Source: Gemmatimonadota bacterium
GTDB taxonomy: Bacteria > Gemmatimonadota > Gemmatimonadetes > Palauibacterales > Palauibacteraceae
NCBI GenBank assembly: GCA_036476995.1
Contig: JAZGCO010000068.1
Coordinates: forward strand, 183 to 64,182
Reading direction: 5' to 3'
DNA length: 64,000 nucleotides
A program made the position numbers and the translations under genes. Of the stretch, positions 11,902 to 21,735 are shown piece by piece (within the stretch, counting starts at the first letter, position 1; the number at the start of each line of letters is the position of its first letter). Below the pieces are notes generated by a model. That model was not told the DNA's origin, made no database searches, and worked only from the letters and a program-made list of their open reading frames with translations.

Positions 11902-13440
11902 CTATCCGACAGAGAATAGGGTTCGGTACTGGCGTCCGTCGCGATAGAATTCTACCACAATCCTACCGCGGCCGGCATACGACTGAAAGAGTTCACCGGC
12001 CGTCTGCGCGTCAGAGACCGGCTCTCGATTGATGAACAGGATCACATCACCCTCCCGGAGCCCCGTGACGTTGCTCGCCTGATCACCGATCTCGGAGATG
12101 AGCGCCCCTCCCTGCTCGATGTCCAGCCGCCTCTCGAGTGCAATGCCCGGCGTGAGCGTAATGAGCTCCAGGCCCCGCACCACCTCTACGCGCTCGGCCA
12201 GATTCGAGGGTAGTTCTTCGACGTCCAGGGTGACGCTTCTCCGACGACCGTTCCGCTCGTACGTAACCCGCACCTGCGAGTTGACTCCGGCGTCCAGAAG
12301 GCCCAGCTCCCAGCCCACAGAACTGTCCACGGGCCTATCGTCCAGCGAGATCAGCAGGTCGCCCGCCATAAGGCCGGCCCGGTCCGCGGGTGAGCTGTCC
12401 GCAACTCTGCGCACGGCCGTCTGAGGGATCCTATCGTCCACCATGACTTCGTTGGGCCACAGGCCTACCCAGGGCCGGCGAATGCGCCCGAACTGGTCCA
12501 GCTCTTCGGCTACCCGAAGGGCCCGATCAATCGGGATGGCGAACCCGAGTCCTTCGGAGCCGCCTGAGCGTGAGAATATGGAAGAATTGATGCCGATCAC
12601 CTCGCCCTCGGCGTTGACCAGCGGACCACCCGAGTTACCCGGGTTGATTGAGGCGTCCGTCTGTACGAGGTCCGCCATCAGCGACTCGTCCTGGCCCCGG
12701 AAGTCTCGCCCTACGCCAGAGATTACGCCCACCGTGACGGTTGCCTCTGAGCTGGCGAGCAGGTACCCGAACGGATTGCCGATCGCGATGGCCGGTTCAC
12801 CCACCATGATGTCGGACGACACGCCGAGCGGGGCCGGCGCAACCTCTCCCGCGGGAATCTTGAGCAGCGCCACGTCCGTCAGAGGGTCGGACCCGACCAC
12901 GCTGGCCTGAAACACTCGCCCACGGTTGTCGGCCACAACTATCGAATCGGCGTCACGCACGACATGGTCGTTGGTCAGAATGAGTCCGCTGTCATCGATT
13001 GCGAAACCCGATCCCAGGCTGCGAACGGTCCGCTCAAACCGGCGCGGGACGAAGAAGCTGAACGGACTGGTGCGTCGCGCCTCCCGGACAGTGCGGAGTA
13101 CCGTGACGCTGACCACGGAAGGGGACACCCGGTCGGCCGCCCTAACGATCGGCGTGTAGCGGTCACCGTTTGCTGGAGGAGACTGCTGGCTCGCGGTGGC
13201 CATCTGCTGCGCGAGTGGCTTGCGCCGCGGGGTCGCCAAGCCTTCGGCCGAAGCGCTCGTGCGTATCATGGCCGGCGTAAGGCCATCCGCCGACCCGGTC
13301 TCATCGGGCACGCCACTATCCGGCGACAGAGCGGACCCCAGGGCCAGGCCGATCGGGAAGGCGACCAGAAGAAGACCCAGAATCCACGCTCGCGCGGACC
13401 CGGTCCGGTTCCGAGGAAGCTGCGTCGTGCGGGCCTTCAT
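11902..13440 (-). CDS. htrA: periplasmic serine endoprotease DegP/HtrA family with two PDZ domains
   Basis: GNSGGPLVNAEGEVIGINSSIF carries the catalytic Ser, with His/Asp upstream and two PDZ-like C-terminal regions. N-terminal signal anchor. Start at MKARTTQ (ATGA overlap with the truA stop). Confidence 0.85.
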   Translation of the reverse strand: MKARTTQLPRNRTGSARAWILGLLLVAFPIGLALGSALSPDSGVPDETGSADGLTPAMIRTSASAEGLATPRRKPLAQQMATASQQSPPANGDRYTPIVRAADRVSPSVVSVTVLRTVREARRTSPFSFFVPRRFERTVRSLGSGFAIDDSGLILTNDHVVRDADSIVVADNRGRVFQASVVGSDPLTDVALLKIPAGEVAPAPLGVSSDIMVGEPAIAIGNPFGYLLASSEATVTVGVISGVGRDFRGQDESLMADLVQTDASINPGNSGGPLVNAEGEVIGINSSIFSRSGGSEGLGFAIPIDRALRVAEELDQFGRIRRPWVGLWPNEVMVDDRIPQTAVRRVADSSPADRAGLMAGDLLISLDDRPVDSSVGWELGLLDAGVNSQVRVTYERNGRRRSVTLDVEELPSNLAERVEVVRGLELITLTPGIALERRLDIEQGGALISEIGDQASNVTGLREGDVILFINREPVSDAQTAGELFQSYAGRGRIVVEFYRDGRQYRTLFSVG

Positions 13441-14243
13441 ACGCGGCCAACTCCCAGGCCAGGCACGCCAGGCGAGCGGTTCCATCCATCCGCGTAGCGG
13501 ACACCGGTCAAGTACAGGCCTACCGCGGGAGCCGGCTCCGGCGGGCGTGCTTTCCTTCCGGCCAGAAGTGCGGATATGTCAGTCAGAGGTCTCTTCTCCA
13601 AAGAAATGTCCACCATCGTCGCAACCAGGTACCGTACCATACGGCGTAGGAAACGATCCGCCACCACGGTCAGCCGCACGTCCCCTCCACCCAGACTACT
13701 CCATTCTGCCTTCTCGACGCAGCAGATCGTACTCTTTTCCGCCGGGCCTGCCTTGGACAAACGTGCAAAGGAATGCCGCCCCAGAGCCAGCTTGGCTGCG
13801 CTCCTCAGGATATCCGGTGACAGCGGACTGCCCAACTGCCAGATCCGGTTGTGCCGGGAGGGAGCCAGGGAGTCAGGTGCGGTTCCGATATAGTACTCGT
13901 ACCGCCGTCCTGTGGCAGAAAAACGCGGATGAAAATCAGCCGACGTCTTCGTAAGCGACTCGATCCACACGTCGTTCGGAAGTACCGCGTTCAGCGCGCG
14001 GCGCAGCTCGCGCAGATCCCAACCCGGCGGAGATTTGAACGCGATTTCCTGGCCGGAGGCGTGTACACCGGCGTCGGTGCGTCCGGCAACATCTACGCGA
14101 GCGGTTTGCTCGAACAGCCTGCCCAGACAACGCTCCACCTCACCCTGCACGGTTCGCGCGGCGGGCTGTCGCTGCGAGCCATGAAAGCCGGTTCCGTCGT
14201 AGTGAACCGTGGCGCGAATTGTCCCGTTCTCTCGTAGCTCCAC
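13437..14243 (-). CDS. truA: tRNA pseudouridine(38-40) synthase
   Basis: IRATVHYDGTGFHGSQRQP...RTDAGVHA is the TruA family signature. Confidence 0.85.
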   Translation of the reverse strand: MELRENGTIRATVHYDGTGFHGSQRQPAARTVQGEVERCLGRLFEQTARVDVAGRTDAGVHASGQEIAFKSPPGWDLRELRRALNAVLPNDVWIESLTKTSADFHPRFSATGRRYEYYIGTAPDSLAPSRHNRIWQLGSPLSPDILRSAAKLALGRHSFARLSKAGPAEKSTICCVEKAEWSSLGGGDVRLTVVADRFLRRMVRYLVATMVDISLEKRPLTDISALLAGRKARPPEPAPAVGLYLTGVRYADGWNRSPGVPGLGVGRV

Positions 14244-14473
14244 CGGACAAACCTACCGGGCAAGACCAGAGGAGGCCAGCAGGAAAAACTCAGGCTGTGT
14301 GGCGCTCCGAGCGCGCGCTGTGACTCAACTGAGCCAGGGTCCAGGGACCCTTGATAGGAGGTCGGGTGGCGCGTAGAAACCACATCGTCACATGGTCTCC
14401 TGAGATGTATCCGATGAGAAAAGGGCGGCGGCGAGTACGGTCGGCCATGGTCTGATCTCCGTTGCGGTTTCGT

Positions 14474-15085
14474 TCAGTATTTGCGGATGACTCCGACCAC
14501 CACGCCCTGGATCTGCACCCTGTCTTCCGGGAAGAAGAGAGGTGTCAGCAGAGGGTTGGCCGGCTGCAGCCGCACTCGGCCGCCGTCCTCGCGGTAGTAC
14601 CTCTTGACCGTCGCGCTGTCTCCATCCACCAGCGCGATAACCATCTCACCGTTGTGAGCAGTCTCTCTGGATTGGACGATGACGTAATCTCCGTCGCGAA
14701 TCTGTTCCTCGATCATGGATTGCCCACGCACACGCAGGACGAAGTGTGTGCTGGCTGAACCCGACACCATGTCATCCGGGACCGCAATCATCTCCTGCTG
14801 CTCAACCACCTCGATGGGCTCGCCGGCCGCGACCAGGCCCAGGAGGGGCAGCGTGAAGGACGGCATCCGCATGTCGGCCTGGATGAGCTCGATCGAACGG
14901 CTCTCGTTGTAGTTCTTCCTGATGTAGCCCTTGGCCTCGAGGTTGGAGAGGTGCTCGTGCACCGTGGCCAGCGACCTGTATTCGAAGAAGGCCGCGATCT
15001 CTTCGAAACTCGGCGAGTAGCCATGAGTGTCGAGGAAGCTCTCGATGAAATCGAGGATCTCCTTCTGTCGTCGCGTGAGTGCCAT
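14474..15085 (-). CDS. lexA: LexA repressor (SOS regulator, S24 peptidase)
   Basis: MALTRRQKEILDFIESFLDTHGYSPSFEEIAAF is the winged HTH. C-terminal S24 domain with GDSM-type Ser (VRGQSM) and Lys. Start placed at the internal MALT. Confidence 0.9.
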   Translation of the reverse strand: MALTRRQKEILDFIESFLDTHGYSPSFEEIAAFFEYRSLATVHEHLSNLEAKGYIRKNYNESRSIELIQADMRMPSFTLPLLGLVAAGEPIEVVEQQEMIAVPDDMVSGSASTHFVLRVRGQSMIEEQIRDGDYVIVQSRETAHNGEMVIALVDGDSATVKRYYREDGGRVRLQPANPLLTPLFFPEDRVQIQGVVVGVIRKY

Positions 15086-15149
15086 CGCGCCGGGCTCCTT
15101 GAAGTTGCTGTGACTGTGAACCACTCCCAGGCCCATACCCGAAATAAAG

Positions 15150-15172
15150 CCGAACAAAGTATACCCGAACAA
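15150..15172. promoter_or_regulatory. direct repeat CCGAACAA-N7(AGTATAC)-CCGAACAA in the lexA/subtilase divergent intergenic region; candidate operator
   Basis: Exact 8-nt direct repeat 15 bp apart (15150-15157 and 15165-15172). Further CCGAA(A/C) copies at about 15138 and 15176. GTATAC palindrome between the repeats. Confidence 0.3.
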
Positions 15173-15271
15173 GAACCGAAACGCAAGCCGATCGCGGGCG
15201 GGTCGCTTTGAGTTGGTTTTGGGATGAGCCGCATCTTATCTTGGGCGGCCAAGCGACGTGAGAGGAGGCGT

Positions 15272-18205
15272 ATGAGGTGTCCTGAAGTGATGTGGACCGC
15301 GGCCGGGCGGCTACGGTGGACCTTGCTCCTGGCTGTGGGTGTTTGCCAGCTCTTCATCAGTCCGGCTGTGCCGGTGGCCTACGGCCAGCAGCCGGTGCTC
15401 AGCCAGCGGCTCAGTGAGGTTTTGTCGAGTGCAGGAGCGTCCGACAGCCTCGAGGTCCTGGTGGAATACCAGGCGGGCGTTCAGCCGAGCGGGGTGTTTC
15501 AGCTCCAGCGCCGGGCTGCCGAGCTCATGGCGCCGCTGGACGACGTGGTGGACCTGGGAGGGGTGAGAGTCCGCGAGCGATTCTGGGTGGTACCCGCCGC
15601 GTCGGTTCTTGCCACCGCCGAAGGAATCGTGCGGTTGGCCGCACAACCAGAGGTCCGCCGGGTGTATCTGGACGAGCGGCTCAAGGCTGTCTTTGATCCA
15701 GTGCGCTCCGTGGTCCACGTCCCCAGCTTCACATCCCAGGCTATGCAGACCATTGGCGCTGACGCGGTTTGGGACCAGGGAGTCACCGGAGCGGGTGTCA
15801 CGGTCGCCTTTTTCGACACTGGCGCCGACGTCTCGAATGCGCTGCTCGCCAGCCGCTGGCGTGGGAATCGAACCGCGCTGCGTGCCTCCTGGTTCGACCC
15901 GTTTCGGAGATCTTCTGCACCGCAGGACTTGATCGGGCACGGCACCCAGGTCGCGCTCACCGCCGTCGGTGCGCTTCCCGCCGGCGACACGCTCGTCCTT
16001 CCCGACGGCACGCAACTCGTCGCCGCGGACGGTCTCGACGTGGTCACGGGAACCGCGCCCGAAGCCGAGTGGATCGCGGCGCGCGTGTTCGAGGACTTCG
16101 GCGGCGATATTTATACCCGCCGCTCGGTCCTGCTCCAGGCTTTTCAGTGGGCCATGGACCCTGACGGGGTGCCGGGCACGGACGACGCTCCCAGTGTGAT
16201 TAACAACAGCTGGGGGATTTTCGAAGGCGCCGGCTTTGACCTGTGCACCGATGTCCTCTACTCGGCCATAGACGCGGTCGAGGCAGCCGGCATAGCGGTC
16301 CTCTTCGCGGCTGGGAACGGGGGACCGTCGGCCTCCACGGTCTCCTTTCCGGCCGCGCGGGATGACGCGGGCATCCGGAACATGGCCATCGGCTCCACCC
16401 AGGGGTCGGGCGGCACCGTCAGTGTGGCTGATTTCAGCGCCCGCGGTCCCTCGCCTTGCGGAGGGGGAATCAAACCCGAACTGGCGGCTCCCGGCACCGT
16501 ACCCGTGATGGTAGCGGACGGCCCGGGGCGTGTTCGCTCGACCGGGTTCACGACGCAGGGCACATCGTTCTCGGTGGCGGCGGCTACCGGGGCGGTGGCT
16601 CTCATGCGTCAGATCGCTCCCGCCGCCTCACCCGAGCAGGCGAAGCGGTTTCTGATGAACGGCGCGGTCGATCTCGGTCCCGCGGGTCTCGACAACGAGA
16701 CCGGTGCCGGCCTGCTTGACGTGCCGGCGGCCGTGCAGCTCGCCAATCCGTCGTTTGCGTCAGTTTCTCTGCAGCTCGTGGTCTCTCGGACGTCGCCCGA
16801 CTCGGTGTGGGTAGAGCTCGTAAATCGGGGCGCAGTCGGGTGGCTTGGTGGCCGGCTCGAGCTACAGGTGGCGCAGGAGACCGGGCGGGTGGTCGAGATC
16901 GGCCCCCTGGCCGCTGCGGGTCGCCTCGAAATCGGCACGGATAGGCCGGGATCCGACGCGGGTGTTCTGAACGCCACTCTTTTCGATCTCGGGGGAGTGG
17001 CCGTCTTCAGTCGCGCACTCCTCCTGTCGCCGCCTGACTTCTTCGGTGGATTCGTTCTAACAGCTGGGAACCTGCAGGCGGGTGGCAACGATTTCGGACG
17101 GCTGGGCCGCATCGCCGCAACGTCCGGTTTCCGCTGGGACGGTACCGAACTGCTTACAGCCGGTTCGATCTTTGTTGCCGGAGGCGGCCTCATCTCGGAC
17201 GGCATGTACAACACGGTCCTCGACCGGCCGGGCCTGAAGACCGGTCCGGCCGCGGCCGAGACGGACTGGGCACCATCGCGCGGGATCACCGATGTCCAGG
17301 CTACTACAGCCCAGCTGCAGTTCGATGATTTCGAGGCGCTGGCGCCCCTTGGGGTTCAAATCGACGCGCGCTACGACGCGAGCGAGAACGCCGGAGTGGG
17401 AGCGCTTGAGATCACGTTGTCGGTGCAGAACCAGCGGGGGACCCGGATTACGGACCTCATGCCCGGTATCTTCGCGGACTGGGACCTGGCCGGTGACGCA
17501 TTAGTGTGGAACGCCAGCGCGGAAGCCATGGTTGCCCAGCCTGCCGCGGGCGGCGCTCCATTCGCGGTGATCGCATCGGACCGGTCGGTGGTCGGCTTTG
17601 CCGACGTCCCGCTCGGTACCTCGACCGGCCTGTTCTACGACGCTGGAAGCGGTGTCTTGCAGGGCGAGTTCACCGACGCGATCAAGCTGGCTTTGGCCCA
17701 GGGAGGTGGGACAGCGGGTCTTCCGGGAGCGGGAACGGCCAACGACCGGGCTGCCATGCTGAGTGTCGGCCCGTTCGATCTGCAGCCCGGCGAGAGCGCG
17801 CTCCTCCGGTTCTGGTTGCTCGTGGCGGATACGGAGCAGGCGGCGCTCGATCGCTTGGCCGAACTGCGCGCCACCGAGCTTGAGCCGCCTGTCACGGGCA
17901 GCCAGTTCCAGGCGTTGGCTCCGTTCCCGAACCCTCTCCGGGTCGGGTCAGGCTCGATCACGTTTCCATACTCGTTACCAGCCTCAGAGCGAAGCGCGGG
18001 CAGCGAACTGCTCTTCGAAGTCTACGATCTGGCCGGACGCCGGATGCTGCGGGAGCGGATCGCCACTGATCCCGGGGTTCAGCTCCGGACGCCGACCTGG
18101 GACGGACGGCTGGCCGGGGGCCTGGAGGCTGCCTCCGGAGTGTACATGTATGTGTTTCGGTTCGGGGGACAAACACAGTCAGGCAAGCTGCTGCTCCTTC
18201 GCTAG
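15272..18205 (+). CDS. secreted subtilisin-like serine protease (peptidase S8). N-terminal propeptide-like region. C-terminal T9SS-type / FlgD-Ig-like sorting domain.
   Basis: Catalytic motifs VAFFDTGAD (Asp), GHGTQVA (His) and GTSFSVAAATGAVALM (Ser). Signal peptide MWTAAGRLRWTLLLAVGVC. C-terminus ...EVYDLAGRRMLRE...GVYMYVFRFGGQTQSGKLLLLR resembles Por-secretion tails. GAGAGGAGG RBS before the ATG at 15272. Confidence 0.85.
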   Translation: MRCPEVMWTAAGRLRWTLLLAVGVCQLFISPAVPVAYGQQPVLSQRLSEVLSSAGASDSLEVLVEYQAGVQPSGVFQLQRRAAELMAPLDDVVDLGGVRVRERFWVVPAASVLATAEGIVRLAAQPEVRRVYLDERLKAVFDPVRSVVHVPSFTSQAMQTIGADAVWDQGVTGAGVTVAFFDTGADVSNALLASRWRGNRTALRASWFDPFRRSSAPQDLIGHGTQVALTAVGALPAGDTLVLPDGTQLVAADGLDVVTGTAPEAEWIAARVFEDFGGDIYTRRSVLLQAFQWAMDPDGVPGTDDAPSVINNSWGIFEGAGFDLCTDVLYSAIDAVEAAGIAVLFAAGNGGPSASTVSFPAARDDAGIRNMAIGSTQGSGGTVSVADFSARGPSPCGGGIKPELAAPGTVPVMVADGPGRVRSTGFTTQGTSFSVAAATGAVALMRQIAPAASPEQAKRFLMNGAVDLGPAGLDNETGAGLLDVPAAVQLANPSFASVSLQLVVSRTSPDSVWVELVNRGAVGWLGGRLELQVAQETGRVVEIGPLAAAGRLEIGTDRPGSDAGVLNATLFDLGGVAVFSRALLLSPPDFFGGFVLTAGNLQAGGNDFGRLGRIAATSGFRWDGTELLTAGSIFVAGGGLISDGMYNTVLDRPGLKTGPAAAETDWAPSRGITDVQATTAQLQFDDFEALAPLGVQIDARYDASENAGVGALEITLSVQNQRGTRITDLMPGIFADWDLAGDALVWNASAEAMVAQPAAGGAPFAVIASDRSVVGFADVPLGTSTGLFYDAGSGVLQGEFTDAIKLALAQGGGTAGLPGAGTANDRAAMLSVGPFDLQPGESALLRFWLLVADTEQAALDRLAELRATELEPPVTGSQFQALAPFPNPLRVGSGSITFPYSLPASERSAGSELLFEVYDLAGRRMLRERIATDPGVQLRTPTWDGRLAGGLEAASGVYMYVFRFGGQTQSGKLLLLR

Positions 18206-18225
18206 CGCGCGCTGGCGGTTCTTGG

Positions 18226-19926
18226 CTAGAAATCCGGTTCGGCCGCCAGGCGCTTGAGCAGGGTTTGATCAGGAGAGACGAACAGCGTCTTCGTACGCTC
18301 TACAGTGACGATGCCAGGTGGCGCCTTGCGCGGCTTCCGTACGTATTTTCGCCTGGTCCAGTCTACGGCTACCGTTCCGCTGTGCCGTGCGTCGCTGTTG
18401 CAGGCCGCCGCGACGGCCGCTTCCTGTAGATCGCGCCGGGAAGGGTTCTGATCTCTAATGCCCCAGCGCAGGATTACATGCGCGCCGGGAACCTGCCGGG
18501 CGTGCATCCAAACGTCCTCCGGTGACGAGTGATGAAACGTGAGATCGTCGTTGCCGCCAGCCGATCGGCCGACGCGTATCTCACGGCCACTCGACGTATG
18601 CAGGACGCGGTACGGCAAACTGGCCGTGTCGGCGCTACTCGACTGGCTGTCTGGCGCGTGGCCTCCGGCCAGCTTCCACGCCGTCTCGCTGACTCCGTCG
18701 GTCGCGAGAAGTTCAAGAGCCTTCTGCAGCCGATCCACAGTCTTTTCGTCGCCCCGAATCTTGCCCGGGAGCCTTTGGACGGCTCGGTCCCGGCGGCGGG
18801 CGGACTCGTACAAACGAGCAGCGTTGTCTGTCACGCTGAGAGCCGGATCCAACTCGATGGTGCACGCTTCGCCGCCGAAATCCTCGAGTTTGGCCTCGGC
18901 CGCGCCGCGTTCGATCTCATGTTGCTTCGCCAGTAGCAAGTGGCCGATCTGTCTGAGCTCGTTGCCACCGCCCGCCTCCAGCTGACGTCGCATCGCAGCC
19001 AGCCGGCGGTCCAGGCGCCGGAGCTTCCGTTGTAGAGCTGCCTCCAGGTTCGCAGCCTCTCCCGACTGGTCGAGCGCACGCCAGTCGGTGAGAGGGCGGC
19101 TTCCGGCGGGACCACCACGCACCGCGGCCGCGCTCATCGCTTCGAGCAACGAACCGCAACTCTCTGCGGACGAATCGGCGAGGCAACTCACATAAGGCTG
19201 CGGTCCGGCCGGAGTCTCCACGAGCCACGCCGAGCCGGGCTCCCAGGCCCGGAGTTCCGCATAGCGACCGTAGGCGTCCGAAAGCTCGTCATCATCGGGC
19301 TCCGTACTGCTCATCGCCGCTCCCAGCACGGCGTCCACGTTCAGGCCGCTCATGTACGACACAGTCGCCAGGACGGCCGCTCGCCGATTCTCCAGCTCCA
19401 ATCCCGCGATTCCGGCCGCCCACTCCTCGGGGGACGGGAGATGTTCGGCCCAGGAGCGCTGGCTGGCCGGCGGCGAGTAGGGCTTGCCGGTGATCAGCGT
19501 CCGGTCGCCTCGCGTCTGTTGGCGGAGGGCCGCCCGAACCAATCCCTCGCCGGCAGTCACGTAGGCGGCGTTCCATTTCCGGGGCTGCAACTCGAACACG
19601 AAGGTGGATCGTAGCTCCCCGTCCTCGTTCGCCAGTTCGAGCATTAGGACACGCTCGTCAGGTGGCGCCACGGCACGGGCCAAGCGCAGTCCCTTTCGAG
19701 CAAACGTCATGCGCCCTTTTGCCGGCGGGTCCACGCCCTGCTGGCCGAGTATGTGTCCCGCACCCTGTTCCAGGCACGCCAGTAGAGCCGAGCCGTCCTT
19801 GAATACGAGCTGAGCGCGTCGCTGCTCGGGCGCGAGGTGGAGCCCTGCAACCGGGGATCCACTCCACCGCGCTGTTATCTCCCGCGCCAGAGCCTGCACT
19901 AGCACCGAGTCGTGCCGAATCGTCAT
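18226..19926 (-). CDS. NFACT-family protein (RqcH/FbpA-like, Rqc2 homolog) with C-terminal NFACT-R/DUF814 domain
   Basis: N-terminus MTIRHDSVLVQALAREITARW is NFACT-N-like. C-terminus VPGAHVILRWG...RKYVRKPRKAPPGIVTV is the DUF814 signature. Coiled-coil middle region. Confidence 0.65.
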   Translation of the reverse strand: MTIRHDSVLVQALAREITARWSGSPVAGLHLAPEQRRAQLVFKDGSALLACLEQGAGHILGQQGVDPPAKGRMTFARKGLRLARAVAPPDERVLMLELANEDGELRSTFVFELQPRKWNAAYVTAGEGLVRAALRQQTRGDRTLITGKPYSPPASQRSWAEHLPSPEEWAAGIAGLELENRRAAVLATVSYMSGLNVDAVLGAAMSSTEPDDDELSDAYGRYAELRAWEPGSAWLVETPAGPQPYVSCLADSSAESCGSLLEAMSAAAVRGGPAGSRPLTDWRALDQSGEAANLEAALQRKLRRLDRRLAAMRRQLEAGGGNELRQIGHLLLAKQHEIERGAAEAKLEDFGGEACTIELDPALSVTDNAARLYESARRRDRAVQRLPGKIRGDEKTVDRLQKALELLATDGVSETAWKLAGGHAPDSQSSSADTASLPYRVLHTSSGREIRVGRSAGGNDDLTFHHSSPEDVWMHARQVPGAHVILRWGIRDQNPSRRDLQEAAVAAACNSDARHSGTVAVDWTRRKYVRKPRKAPPGIVTVERTKTLFVSPDQTLLKRLAAEPDF

Positions 19927-20015
19927 CGTGGCCTTTTCGTGGGTGGTGCGTCGAGTGTCCAAATTGTATTCATAGACGTCCCGTCCGCCGGCCTAACCCC
20001 TGATATGGAGTCAGA

Positions 20016-20846
20016 GTGTCTAGCGCCCCGAGTCCAAAGGCACCCAGGGTCACGACCCGAACTCTTCGGGACATGAAGGATCGCGGCGAAAAGATCGCGG
20101 TCTTGACTTGCTATGACCACCTGTTCGGCAGTCTCCTGGATCAAACAGCGGTCGATGTCGTCCTCGTGGGCGATTCCCTGGGGCAGGTTATCCTTGGATA
20201 CGACTCTACACTGCCGGTTACGCTGGACGAGATGATTCACCATTCGAGAGCCGTGCGGCGCGCTATTTCGCAGGCTCTCCTTGTGGTCGACCTGCCATTT
20301 CTGAGCTACCAGATCAGCGACGAAGACGCGCTTAGGAACGCCGGCCGCGTTCTCAAAGAGACTGGTGCTGAGGCCGTTAAGCTCGAGGGGGGCGACGCCA
20401 GTACGCTGAGTCGCGTTCGCGCCCTGGTGAACGCGGGCATTCCGGTGATGGGCCACCTCGGACTTACTCCGCAGGCGCTGCACCGGTTCGGCGGATACCG
20501 CGTCCAGGGCCGCGGCGCCGAGCAAGCAGATATCATCAAGAATGCCGCGGCGGGCTTGGCTGAAGCCGGCTGTTTCAGTTTCGTCCTCGAGCTGGTCCCG
20601 AGCGAGCTTGCCGGGGAAATTACCCGGGCCGTAGACATTCCGACCATCGGAATCGGAGCGGGGAGCGCGTGCGACGGCCAGGTCCTCGTGCTGCCGGACA
20701 TGCTAGGTCTCAATCCCGGATTCACCCCCAAGTTTCTCCGCCGATTCGGTTCTCTGGCGGAGGAAGTCGGGTCAGCGGTAGACACCTACATCAGGGCGGT
20801 GAAAGACGGTGACTATCCCTCTGACGAAGAGTCCTACGGCGACTGA
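20016..20846 (+). CDS. panB: 3-methyl-2-oxobutanoate hydroxymethyltransferase
   Basis: LRDMKDRGEKIAVLTCYDHLFGSLLDQTAVDVVLVGDSLG is the KPHMT signature. Confidence 0.9.
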   Translation: MSSAPSPKAPRVTTRTLRDMKDRGEKIAVLTCYDHLFGSLLDQTAVDVVLVGDSLGQVILGYDSTLPVTLDEMIHHSRAVRRAISQALLVVDLPFLSYQISDEDALRNAGRVLKETGAEAVKLEGGDASTLSRVRALVNAGIPVMGHLGLTPQALHRFGGYRVQGRGAEQADIIKNAAAGLAEAGCFSFVLELVPSELAGEITRAVDIPTIGIGAGSACDGQVLVLPDMLGLNPGFTPKFLRRFGSLAEEVGSAVDTYIRAVKDGDYPSDEESYGD

Positions 20847-20868
20847 GGGCGCGGGCCGGAGCCGCGAG

Positions 20869-21735
20869 ATGTTGGGCGGCCTGCCGGTTCTGCGTACCGT
20901 CCGCGAGATGCGAGGGCTGTCCCGCCGCCTTCGAGGGGCGGGCTCGTCGATCGTCCTCGTCCCCACGATGGGATCTCTGCACGAGGGCCATCTCAGCCTC
21001 ATCGATCGGGCGCGCTCCCTGGCTGATCGGGTTTGCGTATCGATTTTCGTCAATCCAACCCAGTTCGGGCCCGGCGAGGACTTCTCCCGCTATCCGCGGG
21101 ATCTGGCGCGTGACATCGAGTTGGCCGAGGCTCGCGGCGCCGACTTGATCTTCGCGCCGGAGGAGGATGAGATGTACCCGGCGGCGCAGCGGGTCTGGGT
21201 GGATCCCGGTCCGCTGGCGGATACGATGTGCGGCGAAGGCCGGCCGGGCCACTTTCGCGGCGTGCTGACTATAGTGCTCAAGCTGTTTCAGATCGTCGAG
21301 CCGTCGGCTGCGGTGTTCGGGCGAAAGGACTTCCAGCAGTCGGTGCTGATCAAGGCCATGTGCCGGGATCTGGCGCTTCCGGTTGATCTCGACGTGGCGC
21401 CGATTGTACGGGCATCGGATGGTCTGGCTCTCAGCTCGCGTAATGTGTACCTGAGTGACGAAGACCGAACCCGTGCCCTGGGTCTGTCCCGCAGCCTTCG
21501 GACGGCCCGCGCCCTGTTCGCCGACGGCGAAACTGACGCTGGGCGCCTTCAGCAGGCGGTGGCCGGTGTGCTGGAAACGGCCGGACTTGAGCCTGAGTAC
21601 GTGGCGGTGGTAGACCCGGAGTCTCTCGATAAGAGCGCCATGGCTGGAGCCCGCTCCGTGTGCGCAGTGGCGGCGGTCGTCGGCTCCACGCGGTTGATCG
21701 ACAACACGCCGCTCGGGGGTCCGCCGGACCTGTGA
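20869..21735 (+). CDS. panC: pantoate--beta-alanine ligase
   Basis: VLVPTMGSLHEGHLSLIDRAR is the HIGH-type motif of PanC. Start taken at MLGG, just after the panB stop. Confidence 0.85.
   Translation: MLGGLPVLRTVREMRGLSRRLRGAGSSIVLVPTMGSLHEGHLSLIDRARSLADRVCVSIFVNPTQFGPGEDFSRYPRDLARDIELAEARGADLIFAPEEDEMYPAAQRVWVDPGPLADTMCGEGRPGHFRGVLTIVLKLFQIVEPSAAVFGRKDFQQSVLIKAMCRDLALPVDLDVAPIVRASDGLALSSRNVYLSDEDRTRALGLSRSLRTARALFADGETDAGRLQQAVAGVLETAGLEPEYVAVVDPESLDKSAMAGARSVCAVAAVVGSTRLIDNTPLGGPPDL

Noticed and set aside
14337-14352. GGGTCC-AG-GGACCC inverted repeat in the lexA-truA spacer
   Set aside because: It is a 6-bp stem with a 2-nt spacer about 120 nt from the lexA stop, with no U-tract, and is probably fortuitous. 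Noted only.
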